Position numbers and translations under genes: made by a program
Part shown: piece by piece, positions 25,455 through 40,137 of the stretch
How positions within the stretch are numbered: position 1 is the stretch's first letter
Layout: each line of letters opens with the position of its first letter
NCBI GenBank assembly: GCA_030704615.1
Contig: CM060732.1
Coordinates: 59,582,001 to 59,646,000, forward strand
DNA length: 64,000 bases
Direction: 5' to 3'
From: Takakia lepidozioides
Lineage: Eukaryota; Plantae; Bryophyta
Notes under the pieces: generated by a model
Database searches by the model: none
Told to the model about the DNA's origin: nothing
The model's input: only the letters and a program-made list of their open reading frames with translations

Positions 25455-26953
25455 GCTTTCTTTGTCCTGCAGCTTGAATGCTGCAAAAGAAATTTGAATT
25501 TAGCAAGTTCTCAATCGAAGCACATATAGAACTTGGTCGATAGAGTCGCGAAAGCTGGTGATCAAGTGAGACACTAGTGCTCGTGACCAAGGTGGGTGCA
25601 CTTGTAGGACTGTCAATGACAACTCAAGGAAAACTTGCAGGTCTGCCTGTTCTCTATCTGCGATATGGATACTTAAGTTGTGAAGTGTGGTCTCTGTATA
25701 TTGTATTGTCTGTTCTGGCAGAAAGCCAGAGATAGAGAGTGCCTTAGTTGGGAGCGATAAAATAAGCTTCAAATATATAGATGATACAGGTAGCGAGTGG
25801 CGGCCTTAAGGACCAAACACCCAGCGCTACGGTTGGCCTCCGGTCAATGCTTGGCGGGCCTCGTAGCCAGCTCAAGCGTATTAGCTTGTTCAACAACAAA
25901 AGTTTAATGTCCAACGTATTGAACTCTTACTCACCCTGCTCACGATTTTCTTCTGATAAATTTACCAATCTCTTGCAATCTGAACTGATCCTCTGTGACA
26001 TGACACTGCACAATTTGGATGTTTTGAAATTACTGCCAGAGGTCTACATATCAGAAAGATCCTCGGCTGTCAAGTTCCTTAGCTGATGACGTGCGAAAGC
26101 CATCCCATCCGCGATAACCACTCTTCCCAGGTGGTTAGACCGCAAATAGCAAGCTATAAATAATCAGAATTCGAATGTGAGTTCTAAGTTTGGAAACACG
26201 TGATCATACAATAGAATATGTAAAACTTGAGTCATATTCAAGTGTTCAGGTGCCAAGAGTTGAAATTCCCTCTGGCGCAGGATCAGCTTCGCAACACGTC
26301 AAGAGAAAATGCTTCAAGTCTTACTTTGACTGTCACCCAATGAATTAGTCTCTCCCACTTTTGTTTTATAATATTCTACAACCCACTATCTTAATTTAAT
26401 CTGAACGAGAAAAGCACCCGTTCCTGACTCGCAAGTCAAGAATCAGAGAGAAACCAAAGATCACAACCCCCTCGGAGTCCGGTGGTGTCGAACTTGTGTC
26501 AACTTTTTAGACGATTTGACCTTGTGAGCTCTTTCACTTCAAAGTTCACACACACCAACTATCGATCAGTATTTGACTCGCAAAGTCCCCCGTGCCATCT
26601 TTATGTACGATTGTTGTCAAGTCAACAACATACTTTTAGGGATGCGGATTAACAAAAGTTTTCCTCAGTTCGCTAGCGCCAGCGCCTGATTGAATGAATC
26701 ACATGTATAAGCTATGCTCTCTGCAAGCAGTGTTTAAAGTTTAATATCAAGCAGCATCTTGCATGGCTTCCTCAAATTTGACCTCAGGCTTCAACAAGTT
26801 GGTCTGCTTTTCAACACCCCCCCCACAAAGTCGACTGTTATACTCTGCTTGATTGGTGATTGTATACGTTCAGATTCCAATTTATCTCCATGTTCTTGAA
26901 GCCTGAGGTGTTGAAGCCTGAGGTGCATCAAGAAGAGTGTAGAGATTAGAGAC

Positions 26954-27470
26954 CAATGTTGGGCAAGTCAACCTGGATGGACCTAGGTAGGGAATCTAGG
27001 TATGAGTAGGTGTATTGAAGAACCGGTGTACCCAGCTGCTACACGTAAGGGGGGGAGTATGTCTTTAGGGTTTCACCTACACATACCAAACCAGTTTGGG
27101 TTAGTGGAGGCGCAGCAAGGTCCCAATACCAGTAATGATGTGAGTTCGTGGCGGATGGAGCTAGGTATGAGTATGTTGATGGTGCCATGCTACTTTGGGT
27201 TGCCTCTGCCTAAGTTTTCATGGTGTTTCAAACTACAGTTGGTTGTGTGCATGAGTTTTGGTTGTGTGCTTAATGGCATTTATTTCCATGAGCCAGTAGA
27301 AATATCATACCAGTGCTCATATACAGCCCATAATTCAAGTATTCATACCAGATTCATATCCAAGTTGTTAATACATGTATAGATACCTATACCAGCCTAG
27401 TATGAAAATAGGGTGGGACCCTTCATACACCAGTCTGGTATGAAATAATGGACATACCAGTCCAACACTA
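26954..27470. mobile_element. hAT-type MITE (~517 bp)
   Basis: Termini CAATGTTGG / CCAACACTA (imperfect TIR). 8-bp TSD TTAGAGAC / CTAGAGAC (7/8 match). Internal cataccag / ggtatga subterminal repeats. Confidence 0.7.
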
Positions 27471-28728
27471 CTAGAGACTCGTAGTGGTTTCAACTTTCAC
27501 ATGCCTTAGATCTAGTCATCCACGTTCTTTTGGTATTCCATACAGAGAATTGAAGTTCCATGTCCAGTAGTTCTGCAATGGAGAACGAGCTCTGTCAGTA
27601 GATGCAAAAGTAACTTAGCTTGTGGGGTCATGTTCTACCTAGTTCTATTTCTATGCATGTGAGGCGGAAATGTGTTTTCTGTAGGTGTAGTGAGGCCTAT
27701 CACCGGACAGAGACCCATGACTGCACATCATGACAGTTCACTGATGAACTGAAAAATCAGCAAATGTGATATGAAAGGACGTCTTCTGTAGGATGACGCC
27801 CGAGGACGGGCCTTCCTGAGTATATGGGGCCGGGCATGAGGCGATAGCTGAATGCATTGGCCCTGAGTCTTAGGAAGCCCCCTCCGAGGGCCTCATAGTG
27901 TGTAAAAAACAGCAAGGATTTCGGATTTTGATGGCCGGGTATTTCTTGATCAGGCGACTCACAAGAGCAGGAACCTTACACAACAGAAGGTGTTGTCTCT
28001 CCTCGAGAGGACAAACATGGAGCATAAGGTGTCATCCTGACATGGCGGAAAAATCCCGCCCCCAAAGGTGCCAATCTCTTTTAGTAAGAAATCCTGGCCG
28101 GGTCTTTAAGTATAGGGTAATGCCTTGAGTGGAGGGCATTCCCGGATTTAAGGGCATGACGCCGAGGGCGGTACACCGAGGGGAAGGCTTGAAAAGAAAG
28201 CCCCACACGAGGGGCGTTACCATGCGTAAAGAAATAGGATGATTTCTTTTCTTTTCATCGTTCCTTTATCATTTCTCCCCGCTAGTAGCTTCTTGTGAGA
28301 AAAATCTTGGAGATAAAGATAAAGAAATGTCGCAGGTGTGCATTACACACTCGTGTATAATGCATTGGTAGTCGTGTGTGTAACCGTGCATTACACGAGT
28401 GTGTAAATCGTAATCGTGTGGAGGGCTGTTACGCTGTATAACGAGCAGAAATTTACAAAGAGAAATCAGCCCTAGTTCTTTACGTCACCTATGACAACAC
28501 ATTCAACTATCGCTTGGCATCTAAGGGACAAGGTTATAGGTGTTGTCCTTGCCAAGTTTTTAAGTTTGTGTGTAAAGCACGTGATTTGTGCAAGCGGGAA
28601 CAAATGAGACACTTTAATTCCCAATGATGGATAGGGTGTAGATGGATAAGCTTATAAAGGCTTGAAGTGAGCATGACCCATATGCTCTTGTCCTTAGTGG
28701 GTTACTGTAAAGTTAAGGGGGTTGTAAT

Positions 28729-31700
28729 TATTGAACATTCAACACAAACAGACACCACATGCAGAGGAGGGAATCGCAAACTTTGTTCCATTTCATCTAG
28801 CCGTCATAGATTTCTCTACATATGTACACAAGAATGGACAACAAAAGCCCAAGATCCTGCTTCATTCCAAATCCCTAAACAACTTATACTCTAATCTCAA
28901 GTCATAATTGTGAAAATATGTCATAGGATCATTTGAACAATGCAAGAGAGAGAGATTGAATTCTCTACCATGTTGATGTATTAAAATGTGAGAGAGAGAG
29001 AACACTTAAAGGTTCTGCGTAAAGGTATAGGGTGAATAGTCATAACCCTAAGTAATGGTACAACTGTCTAACTACCACCATTTGAGAAAAGGCGCAATGC
29101 TTGATATCAATTATGAATGAGAAACTTTGTTAGAGGATGTTGATGAAACACTCCAACACTCCAACACCCCCCCCCTTCGGCAGCATCCGAAAAATTATTG
29201 TTGTTGCTGACCCTCATATCCTCATTCTCATTCGTACTCCCCCTTCAACAAGAATCCAATATTTGAGATGTTGTTGAGGATAACCCAAGAGCCTGTGTGC
29301 ATAATAAATGCTTGTCCTTGGGAAGAGCTTTTGTGAGAATGTCAGCCCACATTTGATCAGTGGGTGTATAGAGGAGCTAAATTACATTAGTCTCTAACCG
29401 AGGATTTTTGGTTAAGGCTATACACGACTGGTTATCGCAATATAATGTAGTTGCGCTAGATGGTGGAAACCCTACTTCCTGGAGAAAGTGACGAAGCCAT
29501 AGCAACTCCTTACCTACTGATGCTGCAGCGATATACTCAGATTCCGTAGAAGATAGCGCCACTGTACGTTGCTTGCGGCTTTGCCAAGATATGAGGAGCC
29601 AGCTAGCAAAAAGACATAACCAGAAGTGGATCGGTGGCTATTAGGGTCACCAGCCCAGTTAGCGTCCGTCCACCCATGCAAGAAAGAAGGAGAGGTGAGA
29701 GTGGAGGATACTCCACCATACTTGATGCCCATTGTTGCAGTGGCTTGTAGATAACGAAATACCCGCTTAACCGCCGCCCAATGTAATTGGCCGGGGTTGG
29801 ACATGAATTGAGCCAGATGACCAACTGTATAGGCGAGATCGGGTCGAGTACATGTGAAAAGATACATAAGACTTCCGATAGCTTGAGAATATGGAATAGA
29901 GGTCATGGCTTCTTGCTCCAAAGGTGTGGTTGGCATCATGGTTTTTGATAGATGCGCACCAGCTGGAAGAGAAGTACTGATTGGTTTGCAATCGCTCATA
30001 TTAAACTTCCTTAAGATGTCAGAGATATACTTATCTTGAGACAATGAGAGCTCATGAGTAGCAAGATTTATGTAGCTGGATGCCGAGGCAATAGGCAATA
30101 TTACCATTATCGGTCATACAAAATGCTTGGGCCATCATGGCTTTAGACTCATTCAAGAAATTGAGGTTATTGGACACCAAAATGAGGTCATCAACATAGA
30201 GACCAATGGCCACAAAGAGGGCTTTGTATGGCTTTAAATAAACATTGGAATCAGAAACATATTGCGTGTAACCAATAGAGAGAAGATGAGTAGTAAAGCG
30301 CTCATACCAGACGCGGGGAGCTTGCTTCAGCCCATAAAGAGATTTAAGCAAATGACAAACCTTATGCTCTTCCCTGGGTTTGATAAAACCTTCTGAGTGA
30401 TATTAAAGAGTGATATTCCGCAGTCATGGCATCTTGCCAATGAGCAGCATGTGGACTGGCTAAGGCTTGTCTTACAGAAGAAGGATCATCAGCAACTTGA
30501 ACCATACAAACATACTCAAAGAGGCTCTCATCGCGAAATTTGCTTGATTGCCAAATGCCTTTGTTAGTCCGTGCAGAAATGCGGGTAGGTGTGCTGTAGG
30601 TGGTGAACTAGAAGGTGTGGAAGAAAGAGAAGTAGAACTAGGAGTAGGACGACAAAGCCTGTCTATAGGTCGCTGTACTTTGGAAACAAAAGGTGGAACT
30701 GACAAAGTGGGTGTGGAGGGAACAATAGAAGGGGGTAAGGCTGTAGGAATATGAGCAAGACCAAGTGCTGGATTAGGTAATTGTACAGCAGGGACAACAT
30801 CAGGCATGGGATAGAAATGATCGTATAGATCAGTATCTGATGGTGCTGGTGGGGAAGGTTCTCCTCCTGGAGGAGAATACTCTTCATGAAAGATAACACT
30901 GCGACTAACAAAGAGTTTGTGTGTGACATGGTCATAAAGACGATAGCCTTTCATGCCTACACTTTCTCCATAGCCAATAAAAATACACTTAGTAGCTTTG
31001 GGATCAAGTTTCTTTCTGGTCTCATCTGGAATGTGCTCATAGGCAGGACAACCAAAGACACGAAGGTGGTGGATGTCAGGTTTAGTACCTGTCCAAGCTT
31101 CATAGGGGGTCAAACCTGGAACAGATGAAGTGTAGGAGATGTTCTGAAGATAACATGTTGTAGAAATAGCTTCAGCCCAAAAAATATGGGGCAACCGGGG
31201 TGATTGCAACATTTTCCTAGCATACTCCACCAGTGTTCGATTCTTACGCTCCGACACACCATTTTGACTTTGGTTATAAGGAATAGCAAACTGGCGCTTA
31301 ATCCCATGTGTTGCACAAAACGTGTGGAATTCCGTGGAGTTGTACTCACCACCATTGTTAGATCAAAGGACTTTAAGATGTCGACCGGTTTTGATTCTCC
31401 ACCAGTGTCTTGTATGTTTGAAATCTGGAGAAGACTTCAGATTTCTTTTTAAGAAAATACACCATAGTATATCTGGAGTAATCATCCACAATGATCAAGA
31501 AATAGCGGGCGCCACCAAGAGATGATGTTTGCATAGGCCCACACAAGTCACATTGCACCAACTCTAATGGAGCAGTGGCTCGAACCACTTTATGAGTAAG
31601 GGAAGCTAGACTTGTGATGTTTCCCTAAGACACAACCCTCACATAAAGGGAGTGTAGAGGATAGAGGTGGAAGGCCAGTGACCATGGAAGTGGTAGACAT

Positions 31701-32590
31701 ATGTTGAAGAACATTGAAATTTAAATGTCTCATTCTATGGTGCCATTTAATTGTGTCTACCTCAGAAGAAGAAGAGTGTGACACAGCAGAGAGGGAAGTG
31801 GAACTAGAAGTGGAACTAGAAGGTAGTCCGATGCCTATAGGATAAAATCTCCCGGCTTGTGGACAATGAATGATTATTTCCTTACCAGTAGGAGTAGAGG
31901 CTGTGATAGTGCAGTGACTAGAAGAAAAGTGCACCGTACTAGTTCCTTTAGAAAGCAGATTCTTGGCCAAAGCCGGGACATATAAGACATCATCTATAAT
32001 GATCACTTGACCAATAGACGCCTTGACAAAAACAGTGCCAATGCCTATAGCTTGATGCTGACCATCATCACCCATGTAAATAGTACGAGGGTTGGGTAAT
32101 GACTCATAGACCTGAAACCACTATTGTCTAGGTGTCATATGTTGGGTGGCTCCTGAATCTAAGTACCAAGTCTAATGAAAGTCTTGACTATTGTCAGAGA
32201 TTGTAGTAAAGAGATGCAATGGTTCTGGATCAGAGGTAGCAATATTGGCTTGTGGTAGATATGCATGGAGTTTATTCACACCGTTCGCTCTATCTTTCAA
32301 TCGTTTCCGGCATTCAGAGGCTTTGTGGTTCAGGATGCCACAATAATGGCAAACCACTGTTGTTTTGCCCCAAGATTGGAAAGACCCATTGCCAGGAGTT
32401 TTGGGAAGAGAGCTTGAGCCTTCAGCGGATGAGGTTGTGGAGAGAGGCCGTCGTTGCTTGAAGGGCTTATTTGTAACATAAAAGGCAGCTGATTTAGGAT
32501 CAGTATTAGCTTTGATCATCCCTTCTTCTTGGAGCATCTTAGCAACTAGGTCTGCCAAAGTTAAATTCGGCAAATTACCATGCCTCACAT
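28729..32590 (-). mobile_element. Degenerate, 5'-truncated Ty1/copia LTR retrotransposon
   Basis: Zinc knuckle CHYCGILNHKASEC, protease WYLDSGATQH, GAG-pre-integrase WHHRMRH/CEGCVLGK, INT DLCGPM, RT KSLYGLKQAPR/YVDD and RH DANWAGD. The PPT (plus-strand C-run ~29167-29175) is followed by an LTR starting TGTTGG at 29166. The distal LTR boundary is approximate. Confidence 0.92.
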
Positions 32591-34653
32591 TAGGTGCTCA
32601 TCCTCAAGGTGAATTAAAGCTCCGGCAATAGTACCTTTCTAACAGTTCCATACATAAACCTCAATCACACAATTAATGATATGTCAAGTAAAGAATCAAT
32701 TAGGGAGAAAATGGGCCATTAAAATACAACCAAATCAATTCTTAGTTAATTGAAAAACAATGACAAGTGTCGAACAAAAACAAAAACACGATTCCTCATT
32801 AGAAAGAGGAAGACTCTTGCCGAAGCAAGTGCAACTTATGGTGCCACTTGACCTAAAGGACTACTACCTTATTGTTTGGCGGGTGCATGTCTTTTAACGG
32901 GGTTGCCCAACCCTCTCCCAAAGACTCAAAAGTACCCATACAAAAAACAACTGATTGACCCATTTTATAGCTATAAATGGATGACATCCAACATAGACCT
33001 TTGTAACTTTGAGTGAACGACCATTTGTCCGGTATTCAAAGCAGACTAGTGACATGTAAAAAATGTAATATCATAACAACAATTGTTGGCAAGTCCCAAA
33101 ATACAAAAGACTCAAAAGTGCCATATGTTACATAAATTAGGTGACTTGCTGACCCAACCCCATTTTATACGCGAGTAGGCTAGAATGGCTGACATTCAAC
33201 ATATACCAATGTGGCTTTGAACCCACAAGTGAGGATTGGCTTTGAATCCACACCCTTGTGGGTCTATGCGACTTTGAACCACAAGATATAGGCAGCCTTG
33301 TGCCTTGACCATTCAGCCATTTGAAGGATGCCACAACAAAACCAACCTCTTCAAGTCTAAATTGGGGGTGATTAATTGCACCAACCTTTAAGATGGAGTT
33401 CAGAGCTTTCTAGGGCAAATTCAGGAACCCATAACCAAATTATTTTTAAGCTAAATCCCTTTTGGAGCAACTTTCTGACTTCAAGGCCTTTGGCAACAAG
33501 TATTAGCTAGAGGACCACGTACTTATCTTCCCCATCAGTTCCTGTAGTCCACTTAGAGCGTTTTTTAATTCTTTCATATGTGGTGAAGAGAGCTCTTTCT
33601 TTGCTTTGAAGCCAGAATGTACCTCTGCTGCATCTATCCCTTTCTCCACTCCATAAAACCAGTTCCTGGATCTACAGCCACTAGCCAACCGCACAGATTT
33701 CTGAATCATGGCATTTTTCTGTAGCTCTGCTCTACATAACAGTGCAATAATCAAAGGCTCTAGTCACTGGCCAGGCTGCAACAGCCTCATGTCAGACTGA
33801 GGGATTGAAATTGCAGTGCTGAACTGGATACAACACTAAGATTTTATACCGTGTTAGGGTGTAGTTGTCCGCTGCCAAATTCATGCTTACCTGAGAATAT
33901 CTTCTCCATTCGAATCCAATTGTATCTTCCAAAAGGCTAAATAGAAGGGTGTTAGTCCATACATAGTGATCATACATGACCGATCCTCAAAGAATATAGA
34001 GATCATAGAGCACTCTTTCACACAGTTCATATGAACCTCAATCACTCAATCAACCAATTTCCACACGGTACACGAAAACTTGCAAGACTTTAAAGTGAAT
34101 CAACATGAGAGCAAAAAGGGCATACTAATGTGAACTACTGTACTTGAATCTGTTAAAAAGACTGAGCACCCTCTTCCTTGAATCAATCACCCCCATTCAG
34201 ACTGCCAAAAACCTCAGGAGAAATCAAGACAACTCAACAAATAACAGACCCTTGCAATTGATTTCCAGTGCTCTTGACATAACCCAGAAGAGAGCAGACA
34301 CCGGAGACACAACAACCTAGTCATCTCAAAGTTTCCTTGCCAAATGGTTTCCCATGATTCACAACATGAATGGTGGGGATCACAGTGATTGTCAAGTGCC
34401 TATTACACAAGGTAAGCTACATCTTCCATAAGAGATCTTCACAGATGGTACAGTTGCTCAGGTGCAACCCCGCCCAGCAATCGTCAGACAAGCACCCCTC
34501 TACAGTTATCAGACACTACTTGGTATGTCTGAAAATTGCCCTACCCTTCTCTCTTATTTTCTGTAGGCATGTTGATTCCCCACACCTGACCATTCTAAGA
34601 GATATTGACAATGAACCTCGGGCAGGGCATTCAGAACTGAACAAGAGGAAGCA

Positions 34654-36839
34654 TCAGCAGAACTTCCAGTGATTATTGCAGTTCACACAAGTCACATATG
34701 TAGTCATGGGTTCATCAGCACTCCGAGTCTGCATTTGGAAGTATGTGCATTTGCGCTGTTTACACTTGGAGCACCTGAATTGGTCTGTGGAAGCTGCCTG
34801 CTTCAGGCCCCGTTCACACTCAAATAAAGCCTTTGCTTTAATCTCATCGTTCTCCTTCTTCCTTTGATCACTTGCCATGTCTTCGGCTGTCATTGTAAGC
34901 AACTCCTCAGGTTCAATCTCGCCCAGTAACACCCTCCGCCTAAAGTCCGGGTTGTTTCCATCCTTCAAGTTGAACATGATGGACCTGAAGCCCACATCCA
35001 CAAAGAGTTCAAGAATATACAAATAAAGAAACTTCTGTGTTATCCAATGCATTGAGTCAAGTAGAGGGTAGCCATGGTTGATCAGAAAAACAATGTCTCG
35101 GCACAAAGAATGCTGAGGCCCCATCAGAGATCGTTGAGCACCTTGGAAGCCAAGTGCATCAGCTGTGAGCACATTAGCACGGGCCTTTGAAAGGGTTGTG
35201 AACCCTTAGGTAACTGGCTACCTTAGCCAGGTCCTTGTTGTGGTGCATATTAGAAAATGAACTTCACCTATGTAAACAACAACGATCCATCCAGGTCTGA
35301 TGTGGCAAATTAAAAGTGCACAATACGATATTTAAAGCAGACACTGAAACAAAAAGGAAATTGCTCTGCAGACACAGCCACCATCAAACTGATAGGCCCC
35401 AAAACACAGGCCCAAAATAGTATGAGCACTAACAGCTATGGAAAGAAAAAAAAAAGAGTAGTGTGCATAGTCATTCAATCAAGCAAATAACTGCCTACCT
35501 GTACTTCGCTTTCTCTTTTCCCTTGGAAAGCCCAAATTTTCCAAACATCGTGTTCTCCACAGCTACTGCGACATTGATCAGATCAATGCCTTTTGCCCTC
35601 TCCAATTCAGCTCCAGTTGCCTCGCTCCACACCTTTGCAAGAGCTTCCACCAAAAGCTCGCGATATCGGTCCCGTGTGGCATCTCCACCGGTTTTGGGTA
35701 TCTTGCCAAGCTTTGGCCCCATGCCACTGTTTGTTGGAGGGGCTGGTGAAATGGGTGCAAGACTAGTAACCTTTGTTTCCACTTTCACTTTTGTTTCCAC
35801 TTTCACATGCGTAACTCTCTCACTCTTTGTCAAGGTCTGGGGATTTCTGGCTACTACCTCAGGCTTCGGAGAAACGCTTTTACAGGAAGAAGGTGTGGTC
35901 CCATTCTTGGATATAGCTTCCATGGCTACGACCTTCTTCCATGCCTCTAAAAGGTCATGTGCTGCCGCAGCAATATTAGAACGTGGGTTCTTCGTGAGTT
36001 TCCGCAAACGTTTGCCCACCTGTACTACCAACACTCATCAAACTGACCACATTCAAAATCAAAGAGAATATACTTATCAGACTAGGCTGGCTAGTCGCAA
36101 ACCCTGGGGTCAGTCCGAATGGAGCTGAGACCAAGGTCGAAGACACATATAATTAATTGGCCTCATAACACCATATACCAGTGAACTATGAGCAGAGAAG
36201 CGATATAGCCACAGGATGGACGTTCAGTAGTGGGTCCTACCTTAAGAATAGACTCTATTTTGGCCTTACAGCTTTTCTTAGGGAAACTCTAAATTTTCCC
36301 TGACAATAACTACCCAACAACGACCCAACGAAGATGAGCAAGAAAGAAATACGAAAAATTCTAAGACATGTGCAGAAGACCTAGAAAGCCAAGAGGTCCC
36401 AAGAGAGAGAAAACCAATCCTCCCAAAATCTAGTTCCCAAAAAAAGGTTGTCATCAGCAGAACAGTAATACTTCTCTCCAAAAAAGACTAGAAATTCTAA
36501 GACAATAAATAGAATGAAGTTCATTCACACCTAAGAATGAGAAGTTTACCGGGAAATTCACATCAACGGGTAAGAACGGGCAGAGATACATTGCAAGCTT
36601 ATACTTCGTTTGTAAGTGTCATCTGGTGGAATAGGTTTTAGAAGAACTACGAGACAACCCACCTGGGTGGTCAGGAGGAGGGAGGTGGACACGGGCAGGG
36701 CGTGCATGGCCTTCAGAGCTTCAATGCATCGCACCTCCTCTGCTTCCACTGCCCCTGCATCCAACGATGCCCTTTCTGCAGCCTTGTTCGCCTTTTCAAA
36801 CAGCTGCACCAACTGCGCGTCTTCCCCCTTCTCTGTCAT
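34654..36839 (-). CDS. TFIIS: Transcription elongation factor TFIIS (3 exons, 342 aa)
   Basis: Exons 36839-36663, 36019-35499 and 34984-34654 (1029 nt, GT-AG introns). Zinc ribbon with QTRSADEPMTTYVTCVNCNNHWKFC. Confidence 0.96.
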
Positions 36840-38109
36840 CTCTCCACCCCTGTAGCTGGTGGACCTAAGCCCTATGGAACCCCGAAAAAACGACCCACCA
36901 AGAACCTGCTGTGAACACAGCGGGTATCAAATCTTCCAAAGAGACCCCACAAGTCTCTGACTACCATGTGAAGGCGTAAACAGCGAAAAAAACTCAGAAT
37001 TCAAATGCCTATTTGGGTCTCTCTCAATCTTCCTCTCCTACTCTCAATTCCTGAAAGAGTCAGGCTAAGCGACGAACGCTACAATTACATCTTGGGATTC
37101 TGGGCGGCTGATCAAAACTTGGCCTTGGCATAACTGCTCTACGGAATCACACCCCTCGCCAACTAACCCCAGAAACCCACTGAAACAGGGAAGGAAGAAA
37201 GGAAAGCTTTGAGAACCGAGAATGAACCGAGAATCGGTGAATCTCCCGTCAGGAAACCCTAAAAATAATATACATACCAAAAAATATATATATATAGAAA
37301 AAATTGAGCTTACCAATTTTATGCATTCATCCAGAAATATCTGAATGTCCAGTGAGTGGATGAATGAACGATATACTGATTGGCCTTATGTCACCCTCAA
37401 CGGAGATTCAGTGAATTCAACAAGACCTTTTCTTTGTCTTCCGGTAAGTACTTACTGTAGCAGAGCAACAGCCATCATTTGACCACCACCATGCCCAACA
37501 CCAAGAAGGGAAAGAGATAACTGTGAGTTCCTACAATCCCCATTGGGCCATTTAGAGTGGGACTGGGTCATATCAAGGTCACAAATCCTACAGGACAAAG
37601 GCTTGGTCCCATTTAGAATCTGAGACCAATTTGAGTTGAGGCAGGATATTAACTTGATGGACAGGCGATTGTGTGTTTTCGTAGGATCTTAATGTCAAAA
37701 AGCATCTGAGTGGCGGCCATTTAGAAATAAGCACTTACAAATTCTTTCCCAGATCACGATTGGACCATATCAGTGAAGGGTCGCCGCGTACTTAGACACT
37801 ACCAATATGGTTTGCCATACTTTAGAAATTGGAAACTCTGTTTCTGACAACAGGAGCAGCAACTGTTCCCCACGGCTATCTTAGCTAATGAATTGCATGC
37901 CAAGCTAGAAGGATATTGCAAAAGGACATGCACTTCAACTTCAGTATTGAGTGTAAAGAATTGCAGTAGCATAACAAGGAAAAAGGTTGAGCAGACTGAT
38001 GGGCTCTGATTGTTCCACTAGACCATGCACCCATTTGCAAGGGGCAGGTGAAAGAAACCTCCCAAACCCGCAAAACTGTCACTACATCCACACTCAATCA
38101 AAACTAGCC

Positions 38110-40137
38110 TTACTTCTTCTCATCTTTCTCAGCCTCTGCAGCCTTCTTCTTGCGAATGCCTACCAACCTTTCATTCATCCTCTCCAACCGCAGTTTCTGA
38201 TAGCCTTTCACTGCCTTCATCTCCTTGGTGACAGCCACCAAGTCTGCTGTTGGTCGGGGCTTCACAATAGGTAACACTGGCCCTTGGATCTGGATTACAC
38301 TAGCCAGGTCCTCTGGGCTTGAGTCTCCCACCTGCCTCACACAGCAAAACCATGGATGAGTTCATCACAATCCATAACACTTCATTGTATGTAAGGTTGA
38401 AATCGGCAGGAAGTAGTGGAAGACCATCAGAAACTCTAGCAACGGACTGAAAGTCACAAGATGTTTACCTTGGCCTTCCGCGATCGCCGTGGGAAGACAA
38501 TCAACTTAGCCCTGTATGTGTTGAGACGGTTGACATTCTCCTGTAAACTCTCCAAGCATCGGTTCTTGCGACGGTGATCCACAGCAATCCCAATAGTGGG
38601 TGCAAGCTTCTTTGAGATACCTGCAGCCTGCAGACAAAGAGAGCACTGAGATTATAACCTAAACCATCAAATCAAGTCTAGCATCGAGTATACTTTTCAA
38701 CAAACACTGCATATTGGCGAGTTCTGCTGGCATGTCAGAATTATAAAAATGAACACGAGATTATAGCCATTCCAGGACTATCCTTACAAATCCAAAAATA
38801 ATCGTGAGTTCCGAGAGATCAGAGGATGTGAGAGTGACCATTTTGTCCACACACAGTTTGACTCAAAAGGTTGTCCAATACCATTACATTAAACTGGTGA
38901 AATCAGAGTTAACAGTAAAAACATTTAGTGGAGGTAACAGGCGACAGACCTTCAGCTCCTCCAGCGTGAAGCCTCGTCCGGCCCGAATCTTGGAATTGTA
39001 TTCCTAAACCATCAAATCAAGTCTAGCATCGAGTATACTTTTCAACAAAACTGCATATTGGCGAGTTCTGCTGGCATGTCAGAATTATAAAATGAACACG
39101 AGATTATAGCCCTTCCAGGACTATCCTTACAAATCCAAAATAATCGTGAGTTCCGAGAGATCAGCTGATGTGAGAGTGACCATTTTGTCCCACACAGTTT
39201 GACTCAAAGGTTGTCCAATACCATTACATTAAACTGGTGAAATCAGAGTTAACAGTAAAAACATTTAGTGGAGGTAACAGGCGACAGACCTTCAGCTCCT
39301 CCAGCGTGAAGCCTCGTCCGGCCGAATCTTGGAATTTTGACTCAAAGGTTGTCCAATACCATTACATTAAACTGGTGAAATCAGAGTTAACAGTAAAAAC
39401 ATTTAGTGGAGGTAACAGGCGACAGACCTTCAGCTCCTCCAGCGTGAAGCCTCGTCCGGCCCGAATCTTGGAATTGTATTTCAGAGTTTGGGAATGGACC
39501 CCTGGCCGTAATGGGCCAGCAGTAGGACGAGGGAACACTGCCACAGCCTTCTTCTGGCGGACTGCAATGGGCCATCACAATCGAAAATACACAAGGCACA
39601 TGTTATATACTCCACCATGCCTACTAATGACCAGCGGTTAGTCTCTCTGCCTTCGGGCTAAGCTCTGCCCCTGTAGGGTAAAACAACCCTATGACCGTTA
39701 TCACTGATTACAGCATTCCTGGCAGAGCAGCCCTTGAGCTGGCAAATCTGTGGATTCAAACGTCTATCCGGGTTGATAATGGAGGAGATGCCAGCTTTCT
39801 GAACAGAAAATCTCAGAATTAATTCTGCAGAACCCGCTTTCTGTGAAGCAACAAAGCCTAAAATCATGGTCTTCCCCACTGGGGGGGAAAAATCCCGGGA
39901 ATGAATCACTAGGCAGAGAGCACCCCAAGGGAAACACGAACCACTAACTTCTCTCTTCTTTCCTAATCATGTTCCTTTGACAAACAGATCCAGTCGCTGT
40001 AACAAGATGGTGTGTAACATACCATGCGTCTGCGCTTTTTTTTGCGAGCAGGTGTGGTTGAACCAGGTCCTCACATAAGACTGCCAGTTCCTTCTTTGAA
40101 GTGCCCATTTTGGCACAACATTGTTATGCTTCACCAT
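38110..40137 (-). CDS. RPL13: 60S ribosomal protein L13 (eL13); apparent exon-1 frameshifts and a triplicated exon-2 end
   Basis: MVKHNNVVP.., [51 protein letters not shown] and ..[23 protein letters not shown]. Confidence 0.9.
38658..39480. repeat. Local tandem duplications inside RPL13 intron 2 / exon 2
   Basis: cctaaaccatcaaatcaag at 38658 and 39003. The [11 protein letters not shown] donor junction occurs three times (~38950, ~39290, ~39430). Confidence 0.9.

Noticed and set aside
27466-27486. Tiny CACTA...TAGTG element
   Set aside because: Only 21 bp with no 3-bp TSD. It is better explained as the MITE end plus its 8-bp TSD.
27789-28242. GC-rich segment flanked by taggatga direct repeats
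   Set aside because: There are no convincing TIRs, so I cannot support an element call.
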